Source: a virus (taxonomy: Duplodnaviria; Heunggongvirae; Uroviricota; Caudoviricetes). Taken from it: 64,000 nt of DNA. The stretch lies in the IMG/VR virus record IMGVR_UViG_3300027710_000010, positions 53,763 through 117,762 of that record. The stretch is one strand, 5' to 3'. Positions within the stretch are counted from its first letter, which is position 1; each line of letters opens with the position of its first letter. Position numbers and translations under genes: made by a program. Shown in pieces: positions 46,359-56,503 of the stretch. The notes below the pieces were generated by a model, which made no database searches, was not told the DNA's origin, and was given only the letters and a program-made list of their open reading frames with translations.

Positions 46359-46822
46359 GATGGTCTTCTTACCTCTACATCGTGCAGGGAACCGTCTTCT
46401 TGTGTCCAATTTGGCAACAGCTTACTAAAAATTCGACCATATACTCCTGATCTACCACTAGACCCTTGTATATCATATTCTATCACTCGAATTTTGTCGT
46501 TGTATTTTACTATAAAATCTTTTATTATATCAGTGATTGCTGATATAACTTGTGCCGCATTACCAGTTCCGAGCATGTTAACTTTTCCGTTGCCGGTGAA
46601 ACTGATCTCCCAATAACCGCTGTAGTCGACTTCTTCGTTTTCGGCGTCGTCATCATAACCTATTTCATCGCGGTCCGCATCTACGTGATCGTATTCTGAA
46701 TTGCTGGCCCTGAAGTCGTACTCCACACCACCCACAAAAAATTCAGCGTTGGCGTAGCGTTCTCCGCGTGAGGTCCATTTCCACGGAACTGAAGTCGCCG
46801 CCATTATTTCGTCGATTCTCAT
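46355..46822 (-). CDS. hypothetical acidic protein
   Basis: 155 aa. Confidence 0.45.
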   Translation of the reverse strand: MRIDEIMAATSVPWKWTSRGERYANAEFFVGGVEYDFRASNSEYDHVDADRDEIGYDDDAENEEVDYSGYWEISFTGNGKVNMLGTGNAAQVISAITDIIKDFIVKYNDKIRVIEYDIQGSSGRSGVYGRIFSKLLPNWTQEDGSLHDVEVRRPS

Positions 46823-47373
46823 TCTCGTCTGTCCGTTTCAGGACCCTTTGGCATATGATCCTTGCCGTAGCTAATCTTACTACCTAGTATTGCTTCCAAT
46901 GCAACATGTAACGCTGGTCCTGACAAATGTTTACGTAGCCAACGTTCTGCTAAATTATTGATAACCTTTTCATTAGCATGTACACGCCCACCGCCTTTAA
47001 TCTTATCATGTACATAAGCATGGCAAGCTTCGTGTACAGCAACGGCAACATCCTTGGCTGCTTTACTTTCTAAATTTGGTACATTGATACTTCCGCCTGG
47101 ACCAGATTCTTCAGTATCTCTAAACATGGGTGGTTCATTACTCTGGTAAACATAATACATGCCAGGCTGTAATTCATTATCGTCGTCTGTTACTCTGTTA
47201 CTGCCTAGGATATTTCTGATAGCATCATAGCAAGTCCAAAGTGTTGGAGCAGGTGCGCCGCCGACTTGTGTTGTTGGCAGCATGGGTTTGTCTTCAGGAT
47301 CGAAGTCCCCATACCGTTGTTTTAATTCGGCATCGCCGGCTTCTGCTTCAGATAGTATTTCGTGTATTTTCAT
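46819..47373 (-). CDS. putative zinc metallopeptidase-like protein
   Basis: HEACH (HExxH) motif. Confidence 0.4.
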   Translation of the reverse strand: MKIHEILSEAEAGDAELKQRYGDFDPEDKPMLPTTQVGGAPAPTLWTCYDAIRNILGSNRVTDDDNELQPGMYYVYQSNEPPMFRDTEESGPGGSINVPNLESKAAKDVAVAVHEACHAYVHDKIKGGGRVHANEKVINNLAERWLRKHLSGPALHVALEAILGSKISYGKDHMPKGPETDRRE

Positions 47374-47390
47374 ATAAATTATTTATCGTA

Positions 47391-47414
47391 AAAAAAGCCT
47401 GCCGAAGCAGGCTT
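47391..47414 (-). terminator. rho-independent terminator
   Basis: AAGCCTGC-cgaa-GCAGGCTT with T-run on minus strand. Confidence 0.7.
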
Positions 47415-47429
47415 GATAAGCGGTGTATA

Positions 47430-49988
47430 TTAGAATCTGTAAACTACACCTGCTGTAAACACATTAGAACCACCTTGCTTAGTTTGAAGTCTATCAGCAC
47501 GAATGTTAAATGTTAGGTCGTCTTTCTCTTGTTGCATTCCTACACCAATTTGATTAACACCATCTGTATGGTGCAATGCTGTAGCATTGAACATGTCGTA
47601 TTTGGCTACTAACCCAACAGTTCCAAAACCGTAGTTGTCATTAACAACACCAATTTTATTGGATACTGTTGTGCCGGGTAACACTTCTATTGCGCCATTG
47701 TAGCCAGCAACTTTACGAGTTCCGTATGTTGCGCCAATTACTGGACGAACGATTTCTTCAGGATCTAATGCCGGACCTACTGCACGTAATGTAATGGAAC
47801 TATCTCTTCCTGACGTCTTACCTGACACGTTAGGTAACGAGCGATTAATTGGCTGCGTCGCTAATAATCTATTATCGCCGGATGTATTGACAGTTACTGT
47901 AGGAGTTGCACTGGCATTGTAGTCAGTCATACTGTGCTGTATAGTACTGCTTAAATCAAATCCGCCAACATCTTTCTTAGACAATGTTGCACCTAATTGA
48001 ACAGTATCTGCCTTAACATTGCTGTTATTGCCAGATAAGTATGTGTCGAGTTTATTAACACCAAAGCCTAATGTCATATCGCCTTCGATGTCTTTACTAT
48101 GTCCAACTCCAAACAAATTGGTGTAACCTGCATAGCCATCGTTCTGGTGATCATAACGTTTGTAGACAACTGTCTTACCAAACTCAGTACCTCTAGACAT
48201 CATGCTGTGTAGTTTGTTTACTGTTTGAACTTGGTCAGTTCTTAAGTTAACTGACACTGCGTATTTGGCATCACGTCCTACGCTGTCACCTGTTACTACA
48301 TCATAGTCACCTGTAACTGTTGATGATTCATCGGCTGTAGCACTAGCATCAGCATAAACACTTCCAGGAGCAAAACTATCTGCTGTAGTTGTGGATACAA
48401 CTCTACCGTAAGTAAAACGTGTAGGTGTAGTTACAGTGTATAGTTCATTGGCTTTAATAACTCCTGCGGCATTTACAGTTATTGATTTACCGTTGTTTAT
48501 TGTTGTTGGAGTTGACTTGGTGTTAATTAAGCTACCTGCATCAATTCCATTAGACACACGTTGTATCTCACCAATAACTTCAGATCCTATTTTTGTATCT
48601 AACACACCCTTAGTTACAGTTCTAGTAAAATCTTCAACCTTAATTACATTGTAAGTTTCATCAACAGTGGATGTTGTATTAACTGTGCTGGTTGTATCTG
48701 TATAGCTACTAGTAGGAGCAAAGTCGTCTGTAGTTACAGTAGTAGTTGACCTTGCGTAAGTAAACAACGTTGGGGTTGTTGATGTTCTAGTGATCAGTCC
48801 TGAAGTAGTTGCAGATCCTGTACGAATAGAGTAATCAGCATTTGGTGTCACTGTAGGAGTAGCCAATGTTACTGTGCCAACATCCACATGTGTTCTGGCA
48901 GCACTGTTAGGCGCCACAGAAGTTGCTACATCGTTATGCGTAGTGTCTACAATGTTTGAATAATATTCTGATACAGTGATAGGAGATCCAGCTGCCGAAG
49001 TTGTAGAGTTATCGCTGTATGTAGTAATTACCGTAGTTGGAGTAGTAGTTAATCGTCCAACACTAGTGTTTGCTACATTGTTAAATGTTCTTGTTAAGAA
49101 GTCGCCAGCAATCAAAGCAGAAGATGTTACTACACTGCCGCCTGTACTATCTAAGAAAGATGAAGTACCATTTGTTGTTGAGGTACTGACCACAGTCACT
49201 GCTGGAGGAGTAGGCGTTACTGATCCACCACTTGTGTCTGGCGCACTAGTTCCTGGGTTAGGAGCAACAGCACCAAAGGATGTTCCATTCAATGAAGTCG
49301 TTCCAACTACTTCGTCAACATACAGTACAGGACTTAATGCTGTGTCATCTAAGTTGAACACACCAAAACCTAATAAGTAGTTGCCAGTCTCAGTTACTGA
49401 ATAAGTGGCAGTTTGCCAGCCAGTTGAGCCGTAGCTACCTGTTGAGTAGTCTCCTGTACCTGGGTTGGTAAATCCTAACAAAGCGTACTGACTTGTATAG
49501 TTGTTCAATACCGCTGTGGTAGACGGACTATCTATCTTTACCAGTGTAGCAATTGATCCGTCATTGAACGGGACGTAATCTGTTGAGATATATTGCCATG
49601 CCAGTGAAAATGTTTGTCCTGCTGTTAATGCAACAGTCTTACTGGCCCACGATGCTGTAGTAGGATTGCCTTGGCCGTTGCCCGTTGTTTGCGCCTGTGT
49701 AGTAAGTGTTGTTTGTATACCAGTGGCACTAGACGACGTTAGACTTAGGGCACTGGTCATATCGCTAAATGACCCGGTAGCTATTGACAACTTACCCATG
49801 TAGCTACCGTAGGGATTAATTGTCCATGTATTTGACCCAGCTTGTAAAGTTTGAGAACCAACAGCACTAAGACCGTTGCCGCTCCAGCTTCCGATATTTC
49901 CATCTTCAAAGCCAATGTTCTGCGCCATTGCAGACTGTGCCAACATCATAGCCACAAATGTAGCTAAGATTTTTTTCTTAAATTTCAT
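47430..49988 (-). CDS. large Ser/Thr-rich outer-membrane protein (autotransporter-like)
   Basis: Signal peptide; hundreds of residues of T/S/N/G-rich repeats; C-terminal amphipathic beta-strands ending AGVVYRF. Confidence 0.55.
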   Translation of the reverse strand: MKFKKKILATFVAMMLAQSAMAQNIGFEDGNIGSWSGNGLSAVGSQTLQAGSNTWTINPYGSYMGKLSIATGSFSDMTSALSLTSSSATGIQTTLTTQAQTTGNGQGNPTTASWASKTVALTAGQTFSLAWQYISTDYVPFNDGSIATLVKIDSPSTTAVLNNYTSQYALLGFTNPGTGDYSTGSYGSTGWQTATYSVTETGNYLLGFGVFNLDDTALSPVLYVDEVVGTTSLNGTSFGAVAPNPGTSAPDTSGGSVTPTPPAVTVVSTSTTNGTSSFLDSTGGSVVTSSALIAGDFLTRTFNNVANTSVGRLTTTPTTVITTYSDNSTTSAAGSPITVSEYYSNIVDTTHNDVATSVAPNSAARTHVDVGTVTLATPTVTPNADYSIRTGSATTSGLITRTSTTPTLFTYARSTTTVTTDDFAPTSSYTDTTSTVNTTSTVDETYNVIKVEDFTRTVTKGVLDTKIGSEVIGEIQRVSNGIDAGSLINTKSTPTTINNGKSITVNAAGVIKANELYTVTTPTRFTYGRVVSTTTADSFAPGSVYADASATADESSTVTGDYDVVTGDSVGRDAKYAVSVNLRTDQVQTVNKLHSMMSRGTEFGKTVVYKRYDHQNDGYAGYTNLFGVGHSKDIEGDMTLGFGVNKLDTYLSGNNSNVKADTVQLGATLSKKDVGGFDLSSTIQHSMTDYNASATPTVTVNTSGDNRLLATQPINRSLPNVSGKTSGRDSSITLRAVGPALDPEEIVRPVIGATYGTRKVAGYNGAIEVLPGTTVSNKIGVVNDNYGFGTVGLVAKYDMFNATALHHTDGVNQIGVGMQQEKDDLTFNIRADRLQTKQGGSNVFTAGVVYRF

Positions 49989-50010
49989 AGTTTTCGCTCC
50001 TATTTGAAAA

Positions 50011-51108
50011 TTAATTTTGAGTGATAGTAATCATACTAGTCGCTCCTTTGTTTATGTTTTGTATAATAGTCTGACCATCTTGAATAATTGTTAGTGTAGC
50101 ACTCCTATTCGTGTCAAATGTCACTGTTGCATTGTGACTCGCTGCCTTATACAATGTTACCTGACTAGCATCATCATTATAATAATACATCAACCCTAGG
50201 GGCTTATTGTAACTGTATCCGGGTAGTATTGGGTCGTCTAATTCATTTGATAGAAATGATCTATTTTGTTTGTCCAAATCACTTTCTGTGTAAAATTCTA
50301 ATAGATCAGCGTTTAAATCATTTCGATCTAATGCTTTATTATCATCAAGTTTGTTTTCTTCTAGTCCATTAAATTTCAATAGATCAATATTCAGTTCGTT
50401 AAAATCTAACCCAGCACGATCTCGTTTAGTGTTGACACTATCGTCATTTACTTCTGGCGGTTTGCTAACAATTAACAAGTTATTAATGTTGGCTTGATCT
50501 ATTTTAACCACTGCAGGCTCGCTTGGTCGGGTATACGCACTATTAACTAATGTTGCTTGGTACGGCACGTCCAATAACACTATTCCGGCTAATGTGCTAA
50601 CTTCAATAGCGCCAGTGACACATGCGCCTTTGTCATCACAACTAGGCAATAGCATGACAAGACTTCGACCTAACTCGTCTACAGTCATACTAAAATCAGT
50701 GCCCCGTACTGCGATAGTTGCTGTTGGAGTTTTTATTGCGACTTGTTGAGGATTGTTTTTAGCAATCTGACCACTAGCATAACGAGCAGTACCCAGCGCC
50801 ATATTAATAGCTAACTTGCCTGTACCTTTTTTTGGGTCATAGACAAAATCATCAATAATCAACTTACTCTGTTCTGTAATTTTAACAGTAGTTGCATCAT
50901 CAAAAGTAATTGTTGCCTTAGCCTTTGCTGTGCTAATAGCATCGTTCATTTCTACGCCCGTGTTGATGCTCGAGGATAAACTTTTCTTATCTCGTACGAT
51001 CTCTGTTGGGCCCGACTGCTCAGTAACCTTGCCCACACCTGCAAACCCGTTAATCGGTTTGAGTAACAGAAATATTATTATTAGAGCCGTTACTGTTGAT
51101 AGATGCAT
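50011..51108 (-). CDS. FecR-domain protein
   Basis: N-terminal TM; AIKTPTATIAVRGTDFSMTV block typical of the FecR domain. Confidence 0.5.
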   Translation of the reverse strand: MHLSTVTALIIIFLLLKPINGFAGVGKVTEQSGPTEIVRDKKSLSSSINTGVEMNDAISTAKAKATITFDDATTVKITEQSKLIIDDFVYDPKKGTGKLAINMALGTARYASGQIAKNNPQQVAIKTPTATIAVRGTDFSMTVDELGRSLVMLLPSCDDKGACVTGAIEVSTLAGIVLLDVPYQATLVNSAYTRPSEPAVVKIDQANINNLLIVSKPPEVNDDSVNTKRDRAGLDFNELNIDLLKFNGLEENKLDDNKALDRNDLNADLLEFYTESDLDKQNRSFLSNELDDPILPGYSYNKPLGLMYYYNDDASQVTLYKAASHNATVTFDTNRSATLTIIQDGQTIIQNINKGATSMITITQN

Positions 51109-51703
51109 TCTTAGCCATGCCGCCAGTTTGTAATAATGTAACCAAATTTGGTGTACCTGGAGTTCCACCACCTGCTACTGTGATATCAGCTGTATGCATA
51201 CCTGCACCGCTTGTAGTATGCGATACGTTATTATTACTACCTGCAATATTGATAACACTAGACAACACATTACCGGCTAACATCTGCGTGACATTATTAT
51301 TGTTACCAGTTACATTATTAGTAATAGTATCAGCAATACATGTTTCGCATTTGATAAGTTGGTTGTTTCCAGACCCGTCAGCTGACACGTTAACAATAGT
51401 TCCTGTACCTTTAGTCATGCTGTCCAGCACTAAACTAAGAGTGTTGCTTGCACCAATTTGAGTTACCGTAACGACGTTGAAGTCGCCTTTAATCATTGCC
51501 GGAGTTGTTGAACTTGTTTTTGCAACGTCTCCGTTGACTAGGTTTCCTGCGCCCGTTTGTGTTATACTTACAGTAGCATTATCGCCCACCTGTTCTACGT
51601 ACACATCATTGGCCCATGCTCCCGATGACAACATTCCAGTTGCCATTAGTATTGCGAATACTTTTCTCGACAATCCGCCACCGCCTTTTATTCTTTTAAT
51701 CAT
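51050..51703 (-). CDS. curlin-repeat-like secreted protein
   Basis: Signal peptide then imperfect repeats (ATVSITQTGAGN, NVVTVTQIGASN, NISVTQTD) resembling CsgA/CsgB repeats. Confidence 0.5.
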   Translation of the reverse strand: MIKRIKGGGGLSRKVFAILMATGMLSSGAWANDVYVEQVGDNATVSITQTGAGNLVNGDVAKTSSTTPAMIKGDFNVVTVTQIGASNTLSLVLDSMTKGTGTIVNVSADGSGNNQLIKCETCIADTITNNVTGNNNNVTQMLAGNVLSSVINIAGSNNNVSHTTSGAGMHTADITVAGGGTPGTPNLVTLLQTGGMAKNASINSNGSNNNISVTQTD

Positions 51704-51743
51704 TTTACTTCGCTCCTTGATACATCGCTAGATTGTATCGTTG

Positions 51744-52562
51744 TTAGTTTACTTCTTGATCTATTAAAGGTGCCACCTTTTTAAATCTCCAAATACCCTT
51801 CTTCTCGCCTTGTATTATCATATCATATACTGCCTGTTCGATAGCTACTCGAACAGCATATGTTGTTGGTTCATTTAATGCCATACCATTTTCTAATTCT
51901 AATGCTTTAGTTCCCGCATCCACAAACCTTAATACACCAACGTTGTGCTGTGTGCTGTAAATAGTTTTACTCACAGCGTTCGACAGTAGGATCTCTCCAC
52001 TATTCACGCTTATCAGTCTCAAACTAATCACAACTTCATCAACACGGTACTGCTGACTTCCACCGATGCCTAAAAATCTAGCACCGTTACCTCCACTGCG
52101 AATATTGCTGTCATAGCCAATAATCCCACCTTCAATCATTATACCTGCCACTGTCATTGGTTTAAGTTGCTTCGCATCCTTACCTTCGTATACTTCACGT
52201 TGGTTACGGATCAACTGTCGTTCTTTAATAAGATTATCTAATCCTACACGCTCTACTACTTTAAACCAATTCTTACTGTCCTGCAAGCTCTTGATTAAGA
52301 ATACTTCAGACCCCTGTGTTACTGCTTTACTAAACAATGCTAACTTGTCGTTTGGCTTCATTTGTCCAGTTTTATCTTGGAATCCGTAAACTGCAATAGT
52401 CATCGGAGGCCCATCCAAATCTGGTATCACCTCAGTTAAGCTCTGTCGCGGTTTTAACACTACAGGCCCCTCTTTTTTCGCCATGTCCATATGTACTGCG
52501 GCGCATCCGGAGAGCATTATTGTAAAAAATATTGCTAGTATAAGTCTCATATTAGAATGCAA
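51744..52562 (-). CDS. csgG: CsgG-family secretion channel lipoprotein
   Basis: Lipobox LSGC; TIAVYGFQDKTGQ, IMIEGGIIGYDSN, GGNGARFLGIGGS blocks align with E. coli CsgG. Confidence 0.8.
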   Translation of the reverse strand: MHSNMRLILAIFFTIMLSGCAAVHMDMAKKEGPVVLKPRQSLTEVIPDLDGPPMTIAVYGFQDKTGQMKPNDKLALFSKAVTQGSEVFLIKSLQDSKNWFKVVERVGLDNLIKERQLIRNQREVYEGKDAKQLKPMTVAGIMIEGGIIGYDSNIRSGGNGARFLGIGGSQQYRVDEVVISLRLISVNSGEILLSNAVSKTIYSTQHNVGVLRFVDAGTKALELENGMALNEPTTYAVRVAIEQAVYDMIIQGEKKGIWRFKKVAPLIDQEVN

Positions 52563-52992
52563 AGCTCGCTATAGGTACAATTATTTCAGTGGTGCCAGTG
52601 GGTGCAACGATAACCAACTTTACTTGCCCTAATGTGGTATCTTTAGACCATGTTATTGTTGTACCTTGAAACTCCATAGTTCCAGTATTACCGCTAGTTT
52701 CGGCAAACAACTGATCTGCTAATTGCTTAGATAATTGTGCGTAGATACGTGCTTCTACGTTGACTAGAAATTTAGCTAAGTTGGTACTCTTGGCGGCAGT
52801 TTCTGCTTTGGCAATTGCCGCCGCCTCTTCTGATTTTATCTCTTTCTTCTTGTTTTCTTCCAACTGATGGATCGACAAGACGTGAGCCGAGAACCCATTG
52901 CCTGGTATAAAGGCTGGGCTTTGGAAGTTATGTAATAGTTCAGCTGCCGACACACACGTAGGCAACAGTACTAGTAATAATAGTTTTTTCAT
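52552..52992 (-). CDS. csgF: CsgF-like curli assembly protein
   Basis: Signal peptide then NFQSPAFIPGNGFSA resembling the CsgF FxNPxFGGNP N-terminus; adjacent to csgG. Confidence 0.55.
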   Translation of the reverse strand: MKKLLLLVLLPTCVSAAELLHNFQSPAFIPGNGFSAHVLSIHQLEENKKKEIKSEEAAAIAKAETAAKSTNLAKFLVNVEARIYAQLSKQLADQLFAETSGNTGTMEFQGTTITWSKDTTLGQVKLVIVAPTGTTEIIVPIASFAF

Positions 52993-53067
52993 GGTTTTCG
53001 CTCCCAGAAGACTTATTTCTCTACAAAGTATTTAATCTATAACAAACTTTAATAACATTAGCAGATT

Positions 53068-53095
53068 AAAAAAGGACTCCTAAGAGTCCTTTTAT
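53068..53095. terminator. bidirectional rho-independent terminator
   Basis: AAAAAAGGACTC-ctaa-GAGTCCTTTT. Confidence 0.7.
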
Positions 53096-53114
53096 GTATA
53101 AAAATGTTGTTTTA

Positions 53115-54932
53115 TTATTGTTTTGGTAGCACTGTTGCCAAGTATGCAGGTGATGCACTTTGTTGGCTATCGTTAAAGTTAAAGCCTGAAGTTATTTTAA
53201 TATCTCCGCTGGCTAGTTTACCTAATAGATCTTTACCGTGGCGTGCAATGCTGTAATCCAATGATCTAGTGTTTAAGAACAGTATAGATTCAACACCGTT
53301 TTCTCTATTATAGCTTTCGTACGCTAAACGTGTGTAGGCCAGCATCATAGCATCAACATCAATAGTGCCATCATCATACAGTGTATTCCATACGATGTCT
53401 TCCAATTTAACACCCTTAAATCTATTACCTTTGCTGTCAGTGTAGCTTTGTTCAACTTCAGACAAGTTAGTAATCAACGCATTAAACGTATCTGCAAACA
53501 AATCGTAAGTCAATTCGGGAGTACTATATACTAGAATTTCCTCATTTAACTTGTTAAGGCCTTGCTTGTTAAAGTTATATTTCGCGGCTTCTTTAACACC
53601 TTTTTTAGTCTTGTTAAATGTGTTAGCACTGAAGTTAGCACTTGTGGTTTCAACAGCATCACCCTTCTTGGTAAAGCTGGTCCATTTCATGTTCTTTGGT
53701 GCACCTTTTTTAACAATCCGTTCAATGCCAGCTTTCCATACAGGCCATGCCGCTGGTCCTTTAAGGATCTTGTCACTGTTTAGTCTACCACCAGAATCTG
53801 CACCGGCTTTGATTTCAAATTCTTCGCCGCCTACTTCTAAGTCGCCCTTGTCTTTTGCCTTGTTACTTGGACTTCCCATCATACATAGTGCCATTTCTCC
53901 AGGACCAACAGCGCCACTAGTTTTGCCTGGGCTCCAAGAGAATACTTTTTGTTTTGCAAACAAATCAAGCATAGGTTGCCATTCTTGATTTACGTGATCT
54001 CGTACATTGCCCCTATCCGAGCTTACTAGTGATAGCATGTCAATAACATCGCCATCTAAACAGGCCTGTAAGAAGTTCTGTATTTCCTTCTTATCTATTT
54101 GCTGATTTTGTTTGCTGATATCTAGCACCATTGAGAACAGGGATTGTCTAAATGTTGTGGTAAAGTTTCTAGCATTATCATGCAACGATTTTGCTCTGGC
54201 GCTTAATGCATCATATTCGTCTGGCTTAATTGCAACGTAGTCTTGTACTTTGTTTCCTAGAGCAACTAACAAGTCGTTTACTGTTTGAATAAACTCCTCT
54301 GCGGCTCTTAACTTCTCTGTGGTGATTTTAAGTTCTGAAGCAACATCTTTAAGTTTCTTAAGAGTTGCAACCATCTCATCTAAATTCTTTGTAAGGTCTG
54401 CTGTAATACGTTTTTTAATCTCAGCAGGCATTTTTAAAGAATCATAATATGTAATATTTTGCCTTGTTTCTTCAATAGCTGCCTGTAACCTTGCCGCACG
54501 TTCCTCAGTGCCAACAATTGGTTCATCTACTGCTAGTTCTTCAGCTTCTTGAATTGCTGGTTCTTCTTCGGCAGGCTCTTCAGTAGGCTCTTCAACAGGT
54601 TGTGGCTCAACTAACTCTTCTGGCGAAGCTTCTGGTGCTACTGGTTCTAATTCAGGTTGTTGAGCAATTTCATCTTCTGATGGTGCGTCATCAACTACTG
54701 CTTCTTCTGCCTTACCAGTTGCAAGTAAATCACTGACAAACTGTGCAATCCTGGCATTAGTAGATTCTAATTTATCTGCAAGTTTATCTAAAATCCCAGC
54801 TTTTTCTTCAGGAACTTGACTAGCAATAGTGCTAATAAGATCCAGCTGATTAATAGCTTTTACGGCAGATAAGTCAGTTACGTTACTAGTATCTGTTTCA
54901 ATTAATAATGGTTTAAACTCGGTATATCTCAT
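53115..54932 (-). CDS. hypothetical large acidic protein
   Basis: 605 aa with acidic, Glu/Pro-rich central region. Confidence 0.5.
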   Translation of the reverse strand: MRYTEFKPLLIETDTSNVTDLSAVKAINQLDLISTIASQVPEEKAGILDKLADKLESTNARIAQFVSDLLATGKAEEAVVDDAPSEDEIAQQPELEPVAPEASPEELVEPQPVEEPTEEPAEEEPAIQEAEELAVDEPIVGTEERAARLQAAIEETRQNITYYDSLKMPAEIKKRITADLTKNLDEMVATLKKLKDVASELKITTEKLRAAEEFIQTVNDLLVALGNKVQDYVAIKPDEYDALSARAKSLHDNARNFTTTFRQSLFSMVLDISKQNQQIDKKEIQNFLQACLDGDVIDMLSLVSSDRGNVRDHVNQEWQPMLDLFAKQKVFSWSPGKTSGAVGPGEMALCMMGSPSNKAKDKGDLEVGGEEFEIKAGADSGGRLNSDKILKGPAAWPVWKAGIERIVKKGAPKNMKWTSFTKKGDAVETTSANFSANTFNKTKKGVKEAAKYNFNKQGLNKLNEEILVYSTPELTYDLFADTFNALITNLSEVEQSYTDSKGNRFKGVKLEDIVWNTLYDDGTIDVDAMMLAYTRLAYESYNRENGVESILFLNTRSLDYSIARHGKDLLGKLASGDIKITSGFNFNDSQQSASPAYLATVLPKQ

Positions 54933-54942
54933 AGTCTAGTAT

Positions 54943-55626
54943 TTAGTGTATTTCAGGGAACAAGCAATCCTGAATGAACACTGCTACATCGTCGTCGTTT
55001 AGCCCTAAACTGGACATGACTTTAGGAGTATGCGGGTTTTGTTTTTGATTCTGTGCGTAGTAATTCTGTGCATCTTTGGTATTGACCGCTTGACCTTTAG
55101 ATTCGTCTACACATTCCAAATAATGATTTATTACAATGTGTGCCAATGATTCAAGTTGCTTTAGTTCGTCACCATCACTAACATTACCTGCGGCAATCAT
55201 TCCTGGACTAAAGATACGTTCTGCCCAATCTGGAAGTTTACGTTTCTTGTTCCATTCATACCTTTCAGCTTCTTCACCAAAGTATTGGATCATTGGATGA
55301 TTAGCATCACCTGCAGGACTATAGTCAATAAAGCATCCAGTAATTTTGTTTCTACCTGCTACTACATCAAAACCAAAGATAGGAGCAGGATTATCTAAAT
55401 GCGGGAAAATGCAACAATGCATCATCCATAATCCCTTAGTCTCACGAGCATCTACAACATCAATGTGTGCTCGGCGATATCGACTGCTGGCCCAAACTTT
55501 GTTGACCCAGCCAGGTTGATTGAATCGATCCATACCAGGTTCATGAATTATACTGCCAGTTGCATAAAACTGTGACTCAAAATATTGCTCAATTTTAATT
55601 AGCGTGTCCCAAACATTACTCTCCAT
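54943..55626 (-). CDS. ferredoxin-dependent bilin reductase (PcyA/PebS-like)
   Basis: HIDVVDARETKGLWMMHCCIFPH block typical of the FDBR family; adjacent to heme oxygenase. Confidence 0.65.
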   Translation of the reverse strand: MESNVWDTLIKIEQYFESQFYATGSIIHEPGMDRFNQPGWVNKVWASSRYRRAHIDVVDARETKGLWMMHCCIFPHLDNPAPIFGFDVVAGRNKITGCFIDYSPAGDANHPMIQYFGEEAERYEWNKKRKLPDWAERIFSPGMIAAGNVSDGDELKQLESLAHIVINHYLECVDESKGQAVNTKDAQNYYAQNQKQNPHTPKVMSSLGLNDDDVAVFIQDCLFPEIH

Positions 55627-56161
55627 GGTACAAGTCTCGCATCATCTTAATAGCATACTCAAATGCCACACGAGCCTCATCACCTAAGTCGTCTGTAAGT
55701 GTTACACGAATGGCCATCTTCATAGCATCGGCGTTCTCAAAGTCGTAGAACTTGCCACTGCTGATATGTGCTACCTGCTTCTTAATGATTTGACCACCGA
55801 ATAGGTCGCCCATATGGCGGCAGTATAAATGCGCCTTAACAAGATGTTTGCGTTGTTCATCATTACCTAGTTTGTGTAAGTATGCTTGGTACTCAAGTGT
55901 TGCAGGAGTTAGGTAACAGTAACTACCATCATCCAACTCTAGGAAGTCTGCAAGTATTCCCTTGAGGCGAGGTAGTGCTGGCATTGTGACAAGGAATCCT
56001 TGACGCTGACAATACCATTCAATGGGGTCATAAATTGCAAGTAAGTTATACAGATAGTTCCTGTAGTCTTCCTTACCGATCTTGCCGCTAAGTAACATCT
56101 TAGCGAACGTTGTTTTCTCTGCTTCGTGATGTAGATCTTGTGTAATCTCTCGTAAGCTCAT
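55616..56161 (-). CDS. heme oxygenase
   Basis: LREITQDLHHEAEKTTFAKMLLSGKIGKEDYRNYL resembles the HO-1 proximal helix. Confidence 0.65.
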   Translation of the reverse strand: MSLREITQDLHHEAEKTTFAKMLLSGKIGKEDYRNYLYNLLAIYDPIEWYCQRQGFLVTMPALPRLKGILADFLELDDGSYCYLTPATLEYQAYLHKLGNDEQRKHLVKAHLYCRHMGDLFGGQIIKKQVAHISSGKFYDFENADAMKMAIRVTLTDDLGDEARVAFEYAIKMMRDLYHGE

Positions 56162-56460
56162 TCTTCTTCCAATTTAATTTGTAATGGAAAGCCACTTGCA
56201 CGAGCAAGTTGTGTTGACTCTACTGCTTTTGCTTCAGCAATTTCAAAACCATAGGTTCCAGCCACACCACTGCCGTCTTCATGAATTTGCGAAGTGATAT
56301 TTCTAGCTACATCATCTGTATGCTTAAACACTTCAGTAAGTATACTGATTACAAAATCCATCGGGGTATGGTCATCATTTAGTAGGATAACTTTCCATTT
56401 TTTAGGCTCTTGTATTTTTTGTTTAATTTTTTCGTCTAATTTAATATCTGCTGTGGTCAT
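56158..56460 (-). CDS. clpS: ATP-dependent Clp protease adaptor ClpS (start trimmed to second Met)
   Basis: KVILLNDDHTPMDFVISIL core. Confidence 0.7.
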   Translation of the reverse strand: MTTADIKLDEKIKQKIQEPKKWKVILLNDDHTPMDFVISILTEVFKHTDDVARNITSQIHEDGSGVAGTYGFEIAEAKAVESTQLARASGFPLQIKLEEE

Positions 56461-56475
56461 AGTTCTCTCCAGAAG

Positions 56476-56495
56476 TAGGGGAAGTTTCCTTCCCC
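56476..56495 (-). terminator. hairpin terminator after the sHSP gene
   Basis: AGGGGAAG-tttc-CTTCCCCT. Confidence 0.5.
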
Positions 56496-56503
56496 TTATT
56501 ATA

